Shown here piece by piece: positions 11,700 to 25,291 of a stretch of 64,000 nt of DNA. The notes beneath the pieces are model-generated. The model was given only the letters and a program-made list of their open reading frames with translations, searched no databases and was not told the DNA's origin. Position numbers and translations under genes: made by a program. Origin of the DNA: Raillietiella orientalis (Eukaryota); assembly GCA_036172245.1 (NCBI GenBank), contig JAYWIR010000001.1, positions 3,658,001 through 3,722,000 on the forward strand, in the 5' to 3' direction. Position 1 is the stretch's first letter; every line of letters begins with the position of its first letter.

Positions 11700-12720
11700 G
11701 AACCGAAGCCCAACCTCCTTTGCCGCGGCGCTGCCCTCCATCAGGGGACATACAAGCAGCGGTCTTGCGGCTAGATGGGAGGTTAGTGTGGAAATCTCCA
11801 ACAGAAGGAAAAAACTGGATGAGTGAACAACAGGCCAGCTTAAGGACGCTGCGAGCCCGAGTGCCCCACCTTGTGGACTTTTGTGCTGGGGCGAGCTACT
11901 GGGTATTCCGGAGGAATACCTGCAATGGCTCAGTGCTTTTGGACACGCACGCCCCCTCATGAAATTGGCAGGAGTCGGCGCTGCTGCTGCTGCTGTTGCA
12001 CTGGGGTCTCCTGTGCAACGCTTGCCTGCATCACTGGACACGGGGGCGTGTGGATCCGAAATGTGGCAGGTTCACAGAGCGCGAGTACATCCCGCACCTG
12101 CTTGTGGATTGCATTGCCCGCCAGTCCCTCTAAGAACGCCTCCCTGTGACCCTAGGAACGCCCAGAGGCAATTTCAACGACATTCTAAACCCCTATTCGT
12201 TCGCGACTCCCTTCAGCCAGAAACCACTCCAGCAGCTCTCTGCTGTCTACGCGGGATCCTCGCCGCCTGGAGCGACTCAAGAGGAGGACACAGCGAGAGG
12301 GATACCATCAACTTCGCCGTCCGATTCATGAGGATGGCAACAAGATGGTCCCACCTGAAGGGACAGTTTGCAGCTGGAGCATGCTGGTATGGATGCGGAG
12401 GACCGCCTCCATCAGGACGTGATACCTTCCCGTTCCCGCTCCCCCCTTCTCCCCCAAAATTTGTTTTCTTTTTATTTTGTTTCTCTTTACTTTTGTTTCT
12501 CCCCTCCCCTCTGCTGCCGTGGTGGACCTCACCGGTCTGCGAACCGGTAACGCGGCAGGTTAGAACTCAAAAGGACGTGGCTGGTCCAACCACGTCCTTT
12601 TGAGGCTAGAACTTAAAAGAAACGTGATTGTACCAGCCACTTCCTTTTGAAATCCAACCACAGAGATTGTGAATGTTTATTTTTATATGAAATAAATGCC
12701 CCGGCTTACCCGGGTGCCAA
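11700..12720 (+). mobile_element. 5'-truncated Tx1/L1-like LINE: ORF2 C-terminus with zinc-binding motif plus 3' UTR
   Basis: LLHWGLLCNACLHHWTRGRVDPKCGRFTEREYIPHLLVDC (decayed CCHC, zf-RVT-like), a T-rich UTR, and terminal AATAAATGCCCCGGCTTACCCGGGT. Homologous to 36140-36960. Confidence 0.7.
12561..12650. repeat. Tandem pair of hairpins (46-bp period)
   Basis: Perfect 15-bp stem CTCAAAAGGACGTGG (12566-12580) / CCACGTCCTTTTGAG (12590-12604), followed by a diverged second unit. Confidence 0.85.
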
Positions 12721-15700
12721 CTCGACTCGACCGAAGCTTCCATCTCAGCAAGGAGCTGTTGCACTCCTGAACACTTTTTGAAAACCAGCCTTACCCAACA
12801 GCGACAAGTCTGGAAGGATTAAGGAAACGGTGGAAGCTGCGGTAAAAAAGAAAAAGAAAAAGAAAACCTCCCTTGATTTTCATTATGCAATCGCGGATTT
12901 TTAAACGAATCTTTTTCAATTTATTCTGTGCAGATCATCATGGTTCCATTCCCCGAGCCTGCGATACCTGATGTTCACAGCTGTAGTTTCACTTCCCAAA
13001 TACGAATGGAAAACTTTAGTAGTGCAAACAGTTGGCCACTCTGATCGCTTCTACTCTTAAATACTGAGGTGCTTCTGTTATGGAAGCACTTTGATTTCAA
13101 GGGAAAAAAAAGGCATTAAAGCGCTATCGCAGTTTCTTTATTTTTTTTTTAAAAAAAAACCTATGAAATCCAACTCTTCTTTTTTATGAATCTTCGTGCA
13201 TCTGAAAGGATTTATGGTACTCACACATTTTTAACACACATCTTCTTGATTAGATTTGAGGATCTGAAAACAGTCGCGTGGATTCCTCAAGCTGATTATC
13301 TTTATTTGAGTTTTACTGATATCAAAGGAAGAAAAATTTCGTTTCGCAGATTCCCGTTATCTCATCCTCGCAATCCCAGCTGCCATATTCTGGAACCATC
13401 GCACCTTCCCTAACGGATTCTTCCGTTAAAATAAATCCCTTATGGTTTCTGTTGCTGCTTATAAACGGAGTCTGCGTGCGTGCAGCCTCGTCCAATTTGT
13501 CACCGTGTCTTCAGCACCAGCACTCTTTTCTCTTCTCTTTGCTCATCCCAACGTGTCTCTCATATCACTCCATCATTTTGTTTTCTATTCGCCGTTCTCT
13601 TTGTTTCATTTCCTCCCTCCACATTTCATCTTCCTCATCTCACGCGTGCGTTGACATCCCGGTAATACGAGTAGCATGCTTCTGGATTTCTTTTTTGGTT
13701 TTATCCGGCTACATCTTCCATCTTCTTCTCTAAGTGCCCTTGTTTTTTAACTGTTGATTCGTGACTCGCTCGCTAAATTTTCCTCTGGCAATCAAATCAC
13801 AGCGTCTCTGTGAAAACGGACCGGCATCTAAGCGGAGGCTGCAAGTGCAAGTTGCTGCTACTTCAATTCATCCGTTCCGGGCACCAAAACGATTATTTGA
13901 GCTCACGGAAGCTCAAAGGAAATGATCCGTTCCAGTGTTTCTGCGTGAATTCTAGCAGTGAGGGTCTCAAGAAAGATCCATAAGCCTCCTCCTGCATCCA
14001 ACGCGACGAGATGGTTCGAGTGTCTAGGGCTTCTCGCTGATATTCCGGCTGCTGAAAATGATGCGAGCTGACTGCTGATGCGCTCAAAGAGTTTTCAGGC
14101 TGGAGGCTTGGCGTCTCGTTTTCGTCTCAGCCTCGTGTTCTCGAGTTCTCAGTGATTTCGGTCACATCTCCGTGACTTGCTAGGAAGTCGGGAAAAAAAG
14201 TCCAATGCAGTCCTTTCGTTGATCAAGATCAAGAATGACTTATCTCCGAGTTCATCTTGTATTCATCCCATAGGTAATCTCAGGAGATCCTGAGATTCAT
14301 GTCGGTTCATATTCCATTCCTTTGCACTTGAATGCACTTTTTCTCCTCGGAGCCGGCATTCAGTATCTAAGGGTGTCTGTCGTCATTCCTCCAACACTGC
14401 TTCGAGCGATCGCACTTTCTAGCTTTCTCCTTGAAGATGTCCAGGATTTCCTTCCTTCATCATCTTTTTTGCTCCACTGCTTAACGTCGCTATGGAGCAG
14501 TCAATTGAAGGAGTGGGGTATGGTCAGCCTCTCAGTGGCTGAAAGAATCTCCTGCAAAGGAGTTCCCATCTTCTATTGGCGCTTTCCTTTCTCTCTTTCC
14601 AGGAGCATTTTCACAGTCTTCTTGCTGGTATTCTGTAAAATAAAATGGCAGTAGGGTCTGGTTTCTGGATATGTTCTCCAGAATCAAGTACCTGATTCTG
14701 GTTGCTGGTTCGCTCCATCATCTACCACGGGGTTTTTGTCCCTTGTTCAAGCTTTCCTCTCATTCCAATTACCGGGTTCTACCCTTTTGCTCAGTAAAAT
14801 GGAGGTCAAAGTGCTGGATCCAGAGATCAAACCTGGACCCCGTTTCATATGGGTTCATTGCTCATATGAGTTTTGATTTGTTTTCTCCTCGCCGGTGGAT
14901 GCTGTTGCGTTGGGTATCCCGGGGCACTTCTCGGATGACCACCGGTTTGCCGAGATCTTCGAAGGAACGTGACGAATGGACTCCGCCGAGAAGTCTGGTC
15001 CTGTCCTTCTCCTTCCAGGTTTTTTCTTCTCCGCCTCATTTTCTTCTGAACAAGTTGGTCCTTTGACAAGTCAGAGAAAGTGCGTGTGGGTCACCTGTTA
15101 GCTGGGAGACAAATGGATGCGAGTTCAGGAGATGGAGGATGCCCGTCCCCGGCGAAAAAAGATACCGGAAATCGGGAAAAATTCTGTTCGGGAGAATTCG
15201 ACGGCAGAGCCCCTGGACTCCGTCCGTCCAAACAACCTCGCATCGGCGACCCTCATGAGTTTTGATTCCAGCAACCGACAAATGCCAATTCGGATGCCAA
15301 TCTGACTTCCTGCACGCTAGATTCAGAGAGGTAGATGGCACAGAACTGATTGGCTACCTATGCTCCGGAAGAAGGGATCTGTTGCCATGTTCTCACGCGC
15401 TTTGGTCTGAAACGGTCGACAGCTTTGTGATAACCCCCGGAAACCCTAGAAGCAGTGAGCGCAGTTCTCAGAAGATGAGGAACGTGGCAGGAGTATTGAC
15501 ACGAGTCTGGGAAAACCTGGAACGCGCTTTCATTGGAAACGTCCGGGGATGTCGAATGCACGAGGAAGGAAAATCCTTCTCGAGTGATCAAATGCAAAGC
15601 ACTGGCCGAAGGAGCGATCCTTTGAAGTAATCGCTCACGAATCCAACTGGACTTCCAGAGAAGCAGATACGCGGACCCTTGAAAACGGGGAACCTCCGTT

Positions 15701-17749
15701 TCGACGTCTGAGAGAAGAGCAGCCTCCCATTTAGTTCCCCTTAATCACAGGAACAGGGTTCACAAATCCTCTCCCCATGATTCAAGATGGAATAAAGATC
15801 GAAAACCTCCGGGAAATTCTCGGAAATCAAAAATTCCGGAAACAGCTCGATATTTTTCCCGAAGTGCTGACGTTTCTGGCTTTCTCCAGGAAAACGGGTT
15901 GTCTGGAAGAATTTTCCGGAAGGAGAATCGCATGCTGAATCACTGCTTCTGATTGTATCAGATGATTTGCAAACGGCCGTTCCATACTGGGCATGCATTT
16001 GAACAACAACCACTCTGTGCAGTCAGTCACGCAGGTCCTCATCGGATCCGAAAAGGAAATCACGAGATGCATACGCGCAAAAAGTATCGCACTTATCACA
16101 GATCTTCTACCGAGTTCTTGGACGTCGGAAAAATCGATGAAGCTTTCACGATCTCCATCTTCCAAGACACTGAAATTCGATGCGATTTACTCAGCTGTAA
16201 TTCTGAGATTCTGCAGCAGCATTCGCCTCTTTCGAGCGATGAGATTGGTTACACTTCGCCCTGGCACCTAGCTTACTCCGTCCTATTCCAGAGACCTTCC
16301 CGAATCCTGATCCAATATATCCTTGCATCTGAGAAATAATTTACAGGAATTTTCTGAATTCGAAGGAAAAAGGGGAGTTTCTGCCGAGTTTTTTCCTTCC
16401 TTTTCTTCGAATTAGAGCATCAGAAGCATCAATCTCAATTAGGAGTTTTTTCCGAGAAAAATATTTCCTCGAGGGACAACGAGTGAAACCTAATCACTCA
16501 CATAAAGATCTCATTCTTCCGTTATCAATAAGGCTATTGAAGGTATGGCCTAACAAAAAGATACATCCTTGCAGTTTCAACCCAGAAGATATTGACTGCA
16601 AGAGGAATCCACCAAAACAATCCACAAAGACCATCTGAAAAGGCCATCTCTTCTTCTTCCGATAGAGGCTGGTTTTCCAGCCCTGTATGAAATGGGCTGG
16701 AATAGAATTCTTCTTGTATTCCTCATTTGGAAAACTACTATTTCTCTTTCCACCGTTTGATCACGACCCAAGAGTGGTGAATGGATAGAGGATTCGATCT
16801 TTTTCTTCAAAATCATAGAAAAATTTGGAAAAGTGAACATAAGTGATCAGTGACAAAGTGCCCAGGAGTCCATTACAGTTCCGGCTGATTTTATCTGAAA
16901 CTGCAAATGTTCAGAGCTCATTCAATTTGAGATTGCTCATCGCATCAATGAAACCAAAAGGCTGAATATTAAGAAATGACATGAAGAATGTCACAGCTTC
17001 ACTGCAACCCAATCAATCATCAATAGGTCCATCCATTCGCATCATTGCTTGCACCATCCAGTGTTTCTCAGTTTGCACTGAGGAAACATAAGGATGCGGA
17101 GAGAAACTCTAACTCTAAAGTACTCTTCCCTTAATAGATTCTCTTTGACAGTGAATCCCAAGTGTTTCTGCGCATCATGCGGACGAAGGGAGGGGAGTGG
17201 GGCACCATCGAGAGAAATTATCAGAAGCCCTCAGTGCCAGATCATGGATGTGGGTAGTGGAAGCTTGCACATGAATCCATCTGCTCACTACTCTGTCCTC
17301 TTATCACGGTGTGATTTCGAAGGAAGAATCCAGTGCCTCCGTGTCAAGGAATCACAGACTGATACAGGTAGATTGAAGGAAACGGAAACAGAGCTGGGAT
17401 GCATGTGGTTAACGACGACTCATAGCATGAGCGCTTAGTTCCTGATGTGCCTCGATAAGTTCTCTAATGTATTCTGATGCCACGAGAGCGAAGCAGGGTG
17501 TTCCTCAAAACGGGAGCAAGTGGTGTCAAAAAAAAAGCTCACATCTTCCGATCCACTGATGCTGGAAAGCAGTTTTGAATGAAATCTTGAATTGTTCGAC
17601 TTCTCCACTGTTACTATTTTCAGCGAGCATTTCCGGTTCCGTTCTCACAAAGATTCATTCTTCACTAGAAAGTTCGCATTCAATCCGCTTCCGTCTGAAA
17701 TACTTTGTGAACTCCGATTCCTAGATACCCAGTAGAGTTTTTAGAATAC

Positions 17750-18700
17750 CATAGGCACTCTTCAGGGGTTTTAATTTGTGCCATCGTGACGAGAAATCTC
17801 AGGATTCTTCCTGACTGCTTTCGTCCTCATCTTAATCGAAAGTCCTGCAGCAGGCAGAAGGTGTTGAAAGGGTTCCTTTGCTTGGAAATGTGATGTTTGG
17901 TAATTTGATTCAGCACGTTTTGAGTTCCGTGACTCAGAAGAGGTCTTGCGGAATTAAAAAAGTTGAGGCATCCTTAGGAGCCCGCCTGACAATTCGGCGA
18001 AAGATTTGATTCTGTTCCCATGCCCGGGAATGGCAAGAAGTGAAAAGAATGCGTTTGCTCGTATAAAAGGTGGCAAGATCAAAAACCATAGAATCCCTCC
18101 AGATGTAGTTTCGCAACTTTGGAAATCACATAAGATGATTGCAGATGAATGGGAAAAAACTTTAGAAAAACTTTGCAACTGCTACCCCCCATGCTGGACT
18201 CTTAGGAGCAAGGTGCTCGTAATAAAAAGCGATCGCTTTCGATGAGCACACTCTTTCTCTTTAGAAGCCTGAGGTGGAGATGTGACCGTTTCACTTATCG
18301 ACAGTGATTCCTTGTTAAAGCTATGGGAATGAGGTGCTTCCATACGCTGGATTTCTTCAGATGCCAATGTTTATTCGGACGTTTCCTGGGCTCCTCTAGA
18401 AATTGAAGATGCATATCATATTTCTAAAACAGTCAAGAAAATTTCAAAATGCTCTAAGATACGTACAGAAGAGGAATCGGCGAATAGTGGTAGAAAGCTT
18501 CAAATCCAAGATGTATCGCAGCTTCCCTTGGAACAGGATAGAGCTAAGCACATTTTAGAAATGCTTATCAAGAGCAAATTTCCGTTTGTCAAGAATCATG
18601 TGCCTATTGGATCTCCAAGGCATTTTAGAAGCAAAGGTGGCTGACGCGGTGAGCTCACGCAGGCGAACACCTTCCTCTAGCAGAAAAAGCACTCCATAAC
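17750..18700 (+). mobile_element. Degenerate L1/Tx1-like RT/thumb remnant
   Basis: EWEKTLEKL...WTLRSKVLVIKS resembles the W...LTL.GKVLVIKS motif; weak RT motifs upstream. Confidence 0.4.
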
Positions 18701-19089
18701 GGAGGAGGTAATCATAAATCGTTCCCTTGGAAATTTGCAGAAAATCAATTCTTGCAGTCCAAAGCATTCCAGCTCTTCAAGCATCTGACCATTTGGGGAG
18801 GAGGGCACGGGGGAGTGAGTAGTAACTTGCAGTTCGGTTTTTCGGTAGATGGCTAGTCGATTTCTGTGCTGATGAGTATGTAAACAGATGAATCCTCAAA
18901 TCACGCGTCGATTTGGTGGCATCCTGTGCTTTTGATGCACTGACTGCAATGCGTACTCGCCCGTTCTTTCGAATTCTCTTGCAGAAATATCATTTCTCGT
19001 TCCTTCTGATTTTCTCAATTCTCTAAAATAAATCTTCAGGCGAGGCAGATATTGATCCTCAAGCGTAAACAGATCGAAAATCATGCCTC

Positions 19090-19450
19090 CATGTCATTTT
19101 AGAGTTCATTTGGGTTGTTCTTGTGCTTTTCATCAGTCTTCATCTCACGAGGAAAGCTTTCTGACGTATTTCCGGCGCTGAGACTTTCTGCAACTCCGGC
19201 AGTGCCAAGCTTGCTTTTATTTTGCCCTTTTTTAAGAGTGGCAACCCTGTGGAATCCATCCACCAGGATGGTGCGCATGAAATTTGCCTCTCTCTACTTT
19301 CAGAGTGACTCGGAAATCTGTAAACATGCCGTGGACGAAAGACCGGATCTTTTTGGCGTTTATGTGTCTTTGTAATCCAATCAGATCGTCCTTCCGAATG
19401 CTGAAGCAAAGGACATTTTTATTGGAAAAAGCAATTTGGAAAGGAAGCTT
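19090..19450 (-). mobile_element. Possible hAT C-terminal dimerisation-domain remnant
   Basis: PSWWMDSTGLPLLKK...LALP...ESF..MK-LMKSTRTTQM resembles WW...P.L...L..P...E.SFS.MK.IKS..R. Confidence 0.35.
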
Positions 19451-20239
19451 GAAATTCAGGGTTCTCTCAAAGCGAAAGTAATCACGCTTTAATTGCTTTG
19501 ATTAAATCGGAAGTAAATAAAGACGAAACCTCGATGGGTTAGGAAATGTCTTTGAACATTCCATCTGTTGCACCATGGACATTTCTACAGCGTGCGCATG
19601 CGTAAAATCCAGACCAAGACTTATTTGTCAAGCATGTCATTTCCCAAAAACTCCGCTGAAGCTTTGAAAGAGAATTCCTGAAATGTTCGCAGAGAAAATT
19701 CAAAAACACCCAGACTCCCATATTTTTTTCCTAAGGGCCTTTAGCTGTCATCATAAATGGTGTGTTTGCAAATGGATGGCAAGTATGCAATTCATCATTT
19801 GCTCGTGTATCTTCCTTTTGTGGTCTTCAAAATGCTAGTATTCCTTATTTTCCTTTTCCCATATCTTCCTGCCTGCGTAACTTCCACGTTTTTTTTCTTC
19901 TTTTTTCTGATCCAGCTATGTTTTCCTCGCGGCTTTCTTTCATGTAATTTCGAAAATGATTTTATAACTCAAGGCAAAAGGGAGAGATGTAGCAACATGC
20001 TGTAATAGGTGATTGGAAATTCGTGAAGTAGGCTCCTCCATCCTTCTTCGCAGATGACACTGAGAGAAACTGATGAAACTGATAAAAAATCATCTTCGTA
20101 TACTTCAGTCAGCTACCGGCGAATAGCGGCGGCAGCCCGATTTAAATTCCGACTGGAAAGACTAGAACCGTAGCAGGTTGCACCGCCGGGTCAAACACGG
20201 CTTGGTTTCCAAACACGCGTTCTTAATGTGCCTTGCTCG

Positions 20240-20500
20240 CTTCCCGCATGAAATCCCGAACTCACTGTTCTCGGATGAATCCAGCCACTGTACGGAAGCC
20301 GAATCCCAGTCCTTTCGGATAGGGAAACTCGTTCGAATCACTCCAGGTCATTAGTCTTAGTTTTCAGCTTACCGAAGCATCGCGCTTGCATCCTTCACGA
20401 GCCGATGTCATGTGCATCCCCTCTCAAAAGGTACACCCATGGTCTTCTCTTTCAGACGGAGAGGCAAGCATAAACAGCAGCTAATTTCATCAGTAATGGG
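20240..20500 (+). mobile_element. Possible Tc1/maT-type transposase fragment
   Basis: LFSDES (first catalytic Asp motif) followed by PMVF / DGEASINS, resembling PLVF..GVKIN. Confidence 0.3.
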
Positions 20501-23198
20501 GTTTTTCAACGAAACTTTAGTTTTCTGAGCAGAGCACTGAAATTTGACATCATCTTAGCTGGGGTTTATGGCTACAAGCTCACGCTAAGCTCATCGGTTC
20601 TCCTCTGAGTGGGAAAGCCTTGGGAGTTCTGGCGTCCAGGCAGAACTCACGGGAACAAACCTAGTCGTACATGGCAGGGGTATGTGTAGCTTGCCGGCTG
20701 CAAATTCTTCAGTACGGAGTCAGTGTTGTTCTCCGATAGAAATTGAACAGCCGGGAATACTTGGTAAGTTGTTTCTAGAAGAGCTTAGCATGGGCCTTAG
20801 TTACAATGTTTTCGTGATATTGATCAGGGGAAGCTCAGCGGTGTCACGGGAAAGGAACGGATAGGAAGTTTGATCCAAGGAACGGGAAGGGTTGTCATCA
20901 AAACCTCAGGTGTTTCCCTTAAAGTCGAGCTGTGAGACGAGAGCTTTGTTTTGCATAGTACTCTTGAAAGGGTCGTTGTCACTATCAAGTAAATGCATAC
21001 CTCGTACGATCCAGGGCCTCGCTGACCCGTGGCTAGAAAGCATGCTACAATTGGGAAACATGCTGCAGTCAATTCTAAAAAATGCACGATTAAATTCAGA
21101 CTTCTCACTTAATTCCAAGGTAAATAATTTAATTGATTACGATTGGATGGTCAGCTTCCTAAGCTGATCTAAAGTGCCCAGTAGTAGGTAAGTAGTCACC
21201 GTAAACTTTATTCTTGCATCAATACACTTCAGGATCCCTATGGTGATCGAAGACTTCTCATAGAACGCGAATCTGATTGATGCTGCGCTTGAAGAGGGAG
21301 CTTTAGAAAATGGGAAAAGCTATCATTTTCTATGGCATTCTGTTTCGATGCAGAAGTTTTTCTGAATCTCATAAAGCACTTAATTCTTGAAATATGAGCA
21401 GGTATCATTGGGAGCACTCTTATCCTCAATCGAATTGGGGTTACGGAATATTGTGGGATTGGAGCTGATGTCTCCAAATTCGTTTTCTGCTCCAATCAAA
21501 GTGAAAATGAGTTAATAAGAGTCTACTCATGATAAATCGATCAATATATATACTATGATGCTAACAGAAATTCGGAAAGCAATCTAAAAGGCAAATGTAC
21601 TGAAGAAAAGGACACGACCATTGACGTAAATAGAATGGGTGTTCGTGAAGCAGTAAACAATTCGAAAACACCTCTTTTCTGGTAAAACTGAATCCGTAAG
21701 AAATTGAAAACACCATTTCATAATATAAATTCATTTCGAAGTAATTAAATAATGGAAGGATCTTTCGAATTTTTGAGTGAACATCGGATTCAGTGAAACC
21801 ACTCTTGGTATACGACGATTACTTCTTTACTAAAAGTAGAGAGCACCATCAGTGTTGCAACAGCACTCAGGTCTGCATTTGGAGAAGCTCCTTTCATCTG
21901 GGAAACCTCCTGGTTTATAAATTTCACAGCAGCGTGAGAACATTCATTCCAAACGCATCCGAGATGAATAACTACGTTGCATATTTAATTAAAGTATTCA
22001 AGATTGAAGAAATGAAACAGAAAGATGGAGATTTCCAGAGCGTCCATCGTTTCTTTTGAAGGAACAACAGAGCTGTACCCTTGAACCAAATGAAACCACA
22101 TGAAAATTTTATCAGATCCCGTCCGATAAGACCAGGATGTGAATCTTTGTTTTATGTTTTTTGCAGTGCACAAAAATTTGATAATTGGCGTTTCGATCAT
22201 ACCATTTCCAATATAAGAAATACACATCTCCTCCTCAAGGAAATGACTTCCTTTCCATAACTACGGGAGCTTCAATACAGCTCCTCTTACAATGCTGCTG
22301 CGCAGGAAGTGGCTGCCTTCTGCAAAGTCTCTTTTTTGCACCGTAGGGATCGAGGCACACATTCTATTACACGGTCCCCAGAGTTGAACGAATCAGAAGA
22401 TGGAACCGTCAGTGAACTACGTACTTCATGGAATGATCGTTTTGAAACATCACCAACAATTTTACCAGCTTCACAGACGATCGCAAAAACCCAGGAAGAT
22501 GTGAAGATCAACGGTACCAAATATGGGATATGACAAGTACAGCCTCAGATCTATTTATCGCGTTCGGTGTTTCGTGGCTTCTACACCATCAATCGGGCTC
22601 TCCTGGCAAATTCCCCCGGGACATGTCCGAATTCGAACTTGAGCGACGAGCATGATATTCAGCTTTTTCAAACTTTTCATGCAGTATTTGGGCAGAATTG
22701 AACTGCTAATCACCGGGTGTGAACTTCATCAAAACATTTCTCAGAGAACACGGGAAGCATTTCCTTGCAATCAGAAGCTAATGTTTCGAGTCCCTCTTTG
22801 CAGAACCTGCTTGCGGAGTTCTTGTTTCCCAGCCATGTCAGACTGAACCCATCGGCTCCTCTGGTCATGCAACGAATTGGCTATTTTTATGTCGTGAACT
22901 GACATTCCACTTTTTTCGTAGTTGTCCTCCCTGTTTTTGGCCGACGTTGTCCTCCTAGCATCCTTTCCTCATGCTGATATAGGTTGCATTTGTCCCTTTT
23001 CCTTAAATGAGACTTATTTTATTTGTAACAAAGTTCTGTTTTGAATCCACGTCAAACTACCCCACAGCACATGGCGGCTACTGATGATTTACATCCATCT
23101 GCTTGAGACGTGAGTCGAAAATATATCTCCTGCAAATGTAAGTGTATCGCCTCTTTGCAATCAAATGAAAAAAAAAAAAGAAAAAACCAGCCGAACTG

Positions 23199-23226
23199 GA
23201 AGAAGAAGAAGAAGAAGAAAAAAAGA
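23199..23226 (+). repeat. (GAA)n microsatellite with A-rich flank
   Basis: Direct reading of the sequence. Confidence 0.85.
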
Positions 23227-25276
23227 AGTGATTCTTCTTTGTTTTGCACTCATCTTGATAGATTGCTTTAAAGTGAACCATTTTGAGAAAAAACGTTTTA
23301 AAGTCATATTGGAATTCCAATATTCGAATTCAGTGATTGCTTTCAATTCAGATGATCAATGATGATCGAAGAATTCATAATAAAGACAGACATAATAAAT
23401 TTGGAAAACCATTCTATTGAACCCATAGGAAGCAATCAAACACTAAAAAGTCGATTTTACTTTTTCGGCATGAGGAAAAAAAAATTCGATATGGGAAATA
23501 ATAAACTTGCAGTTTTCTTCTTGATCTGCTCTATTGAAAGGAAAATCAAATAGCATTTAATAATAAACAACTTTTTTAAAAAATTATACATTGAAAATAA
23601 CGGATCGCATGTTTCTCTTCATATATCAAATGTTCGTTTAAAATTTAAGAATCAAGAAGACATTTAAAAAATTCCGGAATGCATTGATGAAGGAAGCTGT
23701 GCAGTACCATTCAGTCACACCCACACATGAAGGGTTAAAAGCAGAACTCGAAAACTTGGAGCACCAAAGTTTTGGGAATTATGTAAATGCATTCAATTTC
23801 ACATTTAATGAATTGAGTGTAAATGCATGAAATTAACTCGAGTTTGGAGTTGATTTTCTCGAAAAAGAAGAAAAAAAAGCGTATGTGTTTTTAGCAACAA
23901 TCTTCTTTACCGAAGAACAGCGTTGTCTCAATGAAATAACGAAATAAGAACAACGAAAGAGTTTGGAGAACTTTCCATCGCAATATCTTGGGAGGAATAT
24001 TCCAAGTACATTCGTGTAATCATAAAAATATCTTGGGAGGTACCAACTAGTTTTGAAAAAAATTTCTATTTCTTTTACCGATTCTATTTAATGTCCTATA
24101 TAGACAAAACTATTATTAAGTGCATAGAAGAAAGAAAGAGAAAAAAAGAAGGTAAAGGTATTATTACAATTCTACGATGAACAATTGAGAATCATGTTGT
24201 AAGGATTTTGGAAATACTTGATATTAATCCGATTTCTTTGTCATTATAATGCACGCATGACAAAAGATATACTAAGCCTCCAGAAAAAAAAAAAAGTTAC
24301 AATGTAAAAATATATAGTTTCTTCGACAAAGAACCTGAATGAGATATGCAAAAAAAAGAAAATTGCAAAATTTGCATATTCAAATACATACTATGCAATT
24401 TGGTTGTCTATGAACGTTTTTTTTTTAATGAAAAATCATTTACATACGTATCCGAAGGGCCTAAAATACTGAAACTAAAAACGAGGAATAGTGCATTTAT
24501 GGAACACAATGAAACATCTGAAATAACTGAGGATGCTGCTAAGAATTGAAATGTGTGATACTCATGGGAATGTGCTAATTAAAAGGAAGCAGGATAATCA
24601 AGTTGTACATCGGAACGTATGGAATCAGCGGTTACGTTGAGAGTACCTTGTTTACTATTTTTAGAAGGCAAGGTTTTAGAAAAACCGAAGAGAAAACTGA
24701 AACACTATAGGGAGGTTCAACATACGTAGGTCGACTTATTCCATTAGGTTACTAGGTCACAAAAGGCGTTTCAAATACGGGAAGCAGCAATCCCATTCTG
24801 TGGCATCTGAGGAACTCAATAGCACAAAAACATCTCAGTGAATGTTGAGGAAGAGTGAATTTAGCAGACACTTACTATTCGTCAGAGTTCCTTCAAATAC
24901 TTGTATTTTGACATGATGAAAGAATTTAAAGGCAATCAATCAAAATCATTGAATCCTCATTATTTGCAATCAGCCTTTGTTTATGAAAGTGGTGTAAATG
25001 ATTAGTTTTCATTCTAAATTAATTGAAGTTGTATAGATCTCCAAGCCCTTAAAAGGATGAAAATTCTGTAAGGAAGTTTACTAATCCTTGAACTAATTAG
25101 TGAGTCGTGTGATTTATTGTTTCGTGTCTCTCCTATACACATCGATTTCTGCCATGTGTGAAGGGGAAACAATGTTTTGCAAATCCATAGAGAAGAATTC
25201 CTTTTTTGTTGCTGCATTATTTCATTTTCATGTTTTGCAAACTTTGAAACAAACTTGGCACAATCCCTAACACATC

Positions 25277-25291
25277 TGTGTGTGTGTGTGT
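25277..25291 (+). repeat. Short (TG)n microsatellite
   Basis: Direct reading of the sequence. Confidence 0.8.

Noticed and set aside
12561-12650. CRISPR-like palindromic repeat or rho-independent terminator
   Set aside because: Only two adjacent units with no unique spacers, no cas genes, and a eukaryotic LINE UTR context.
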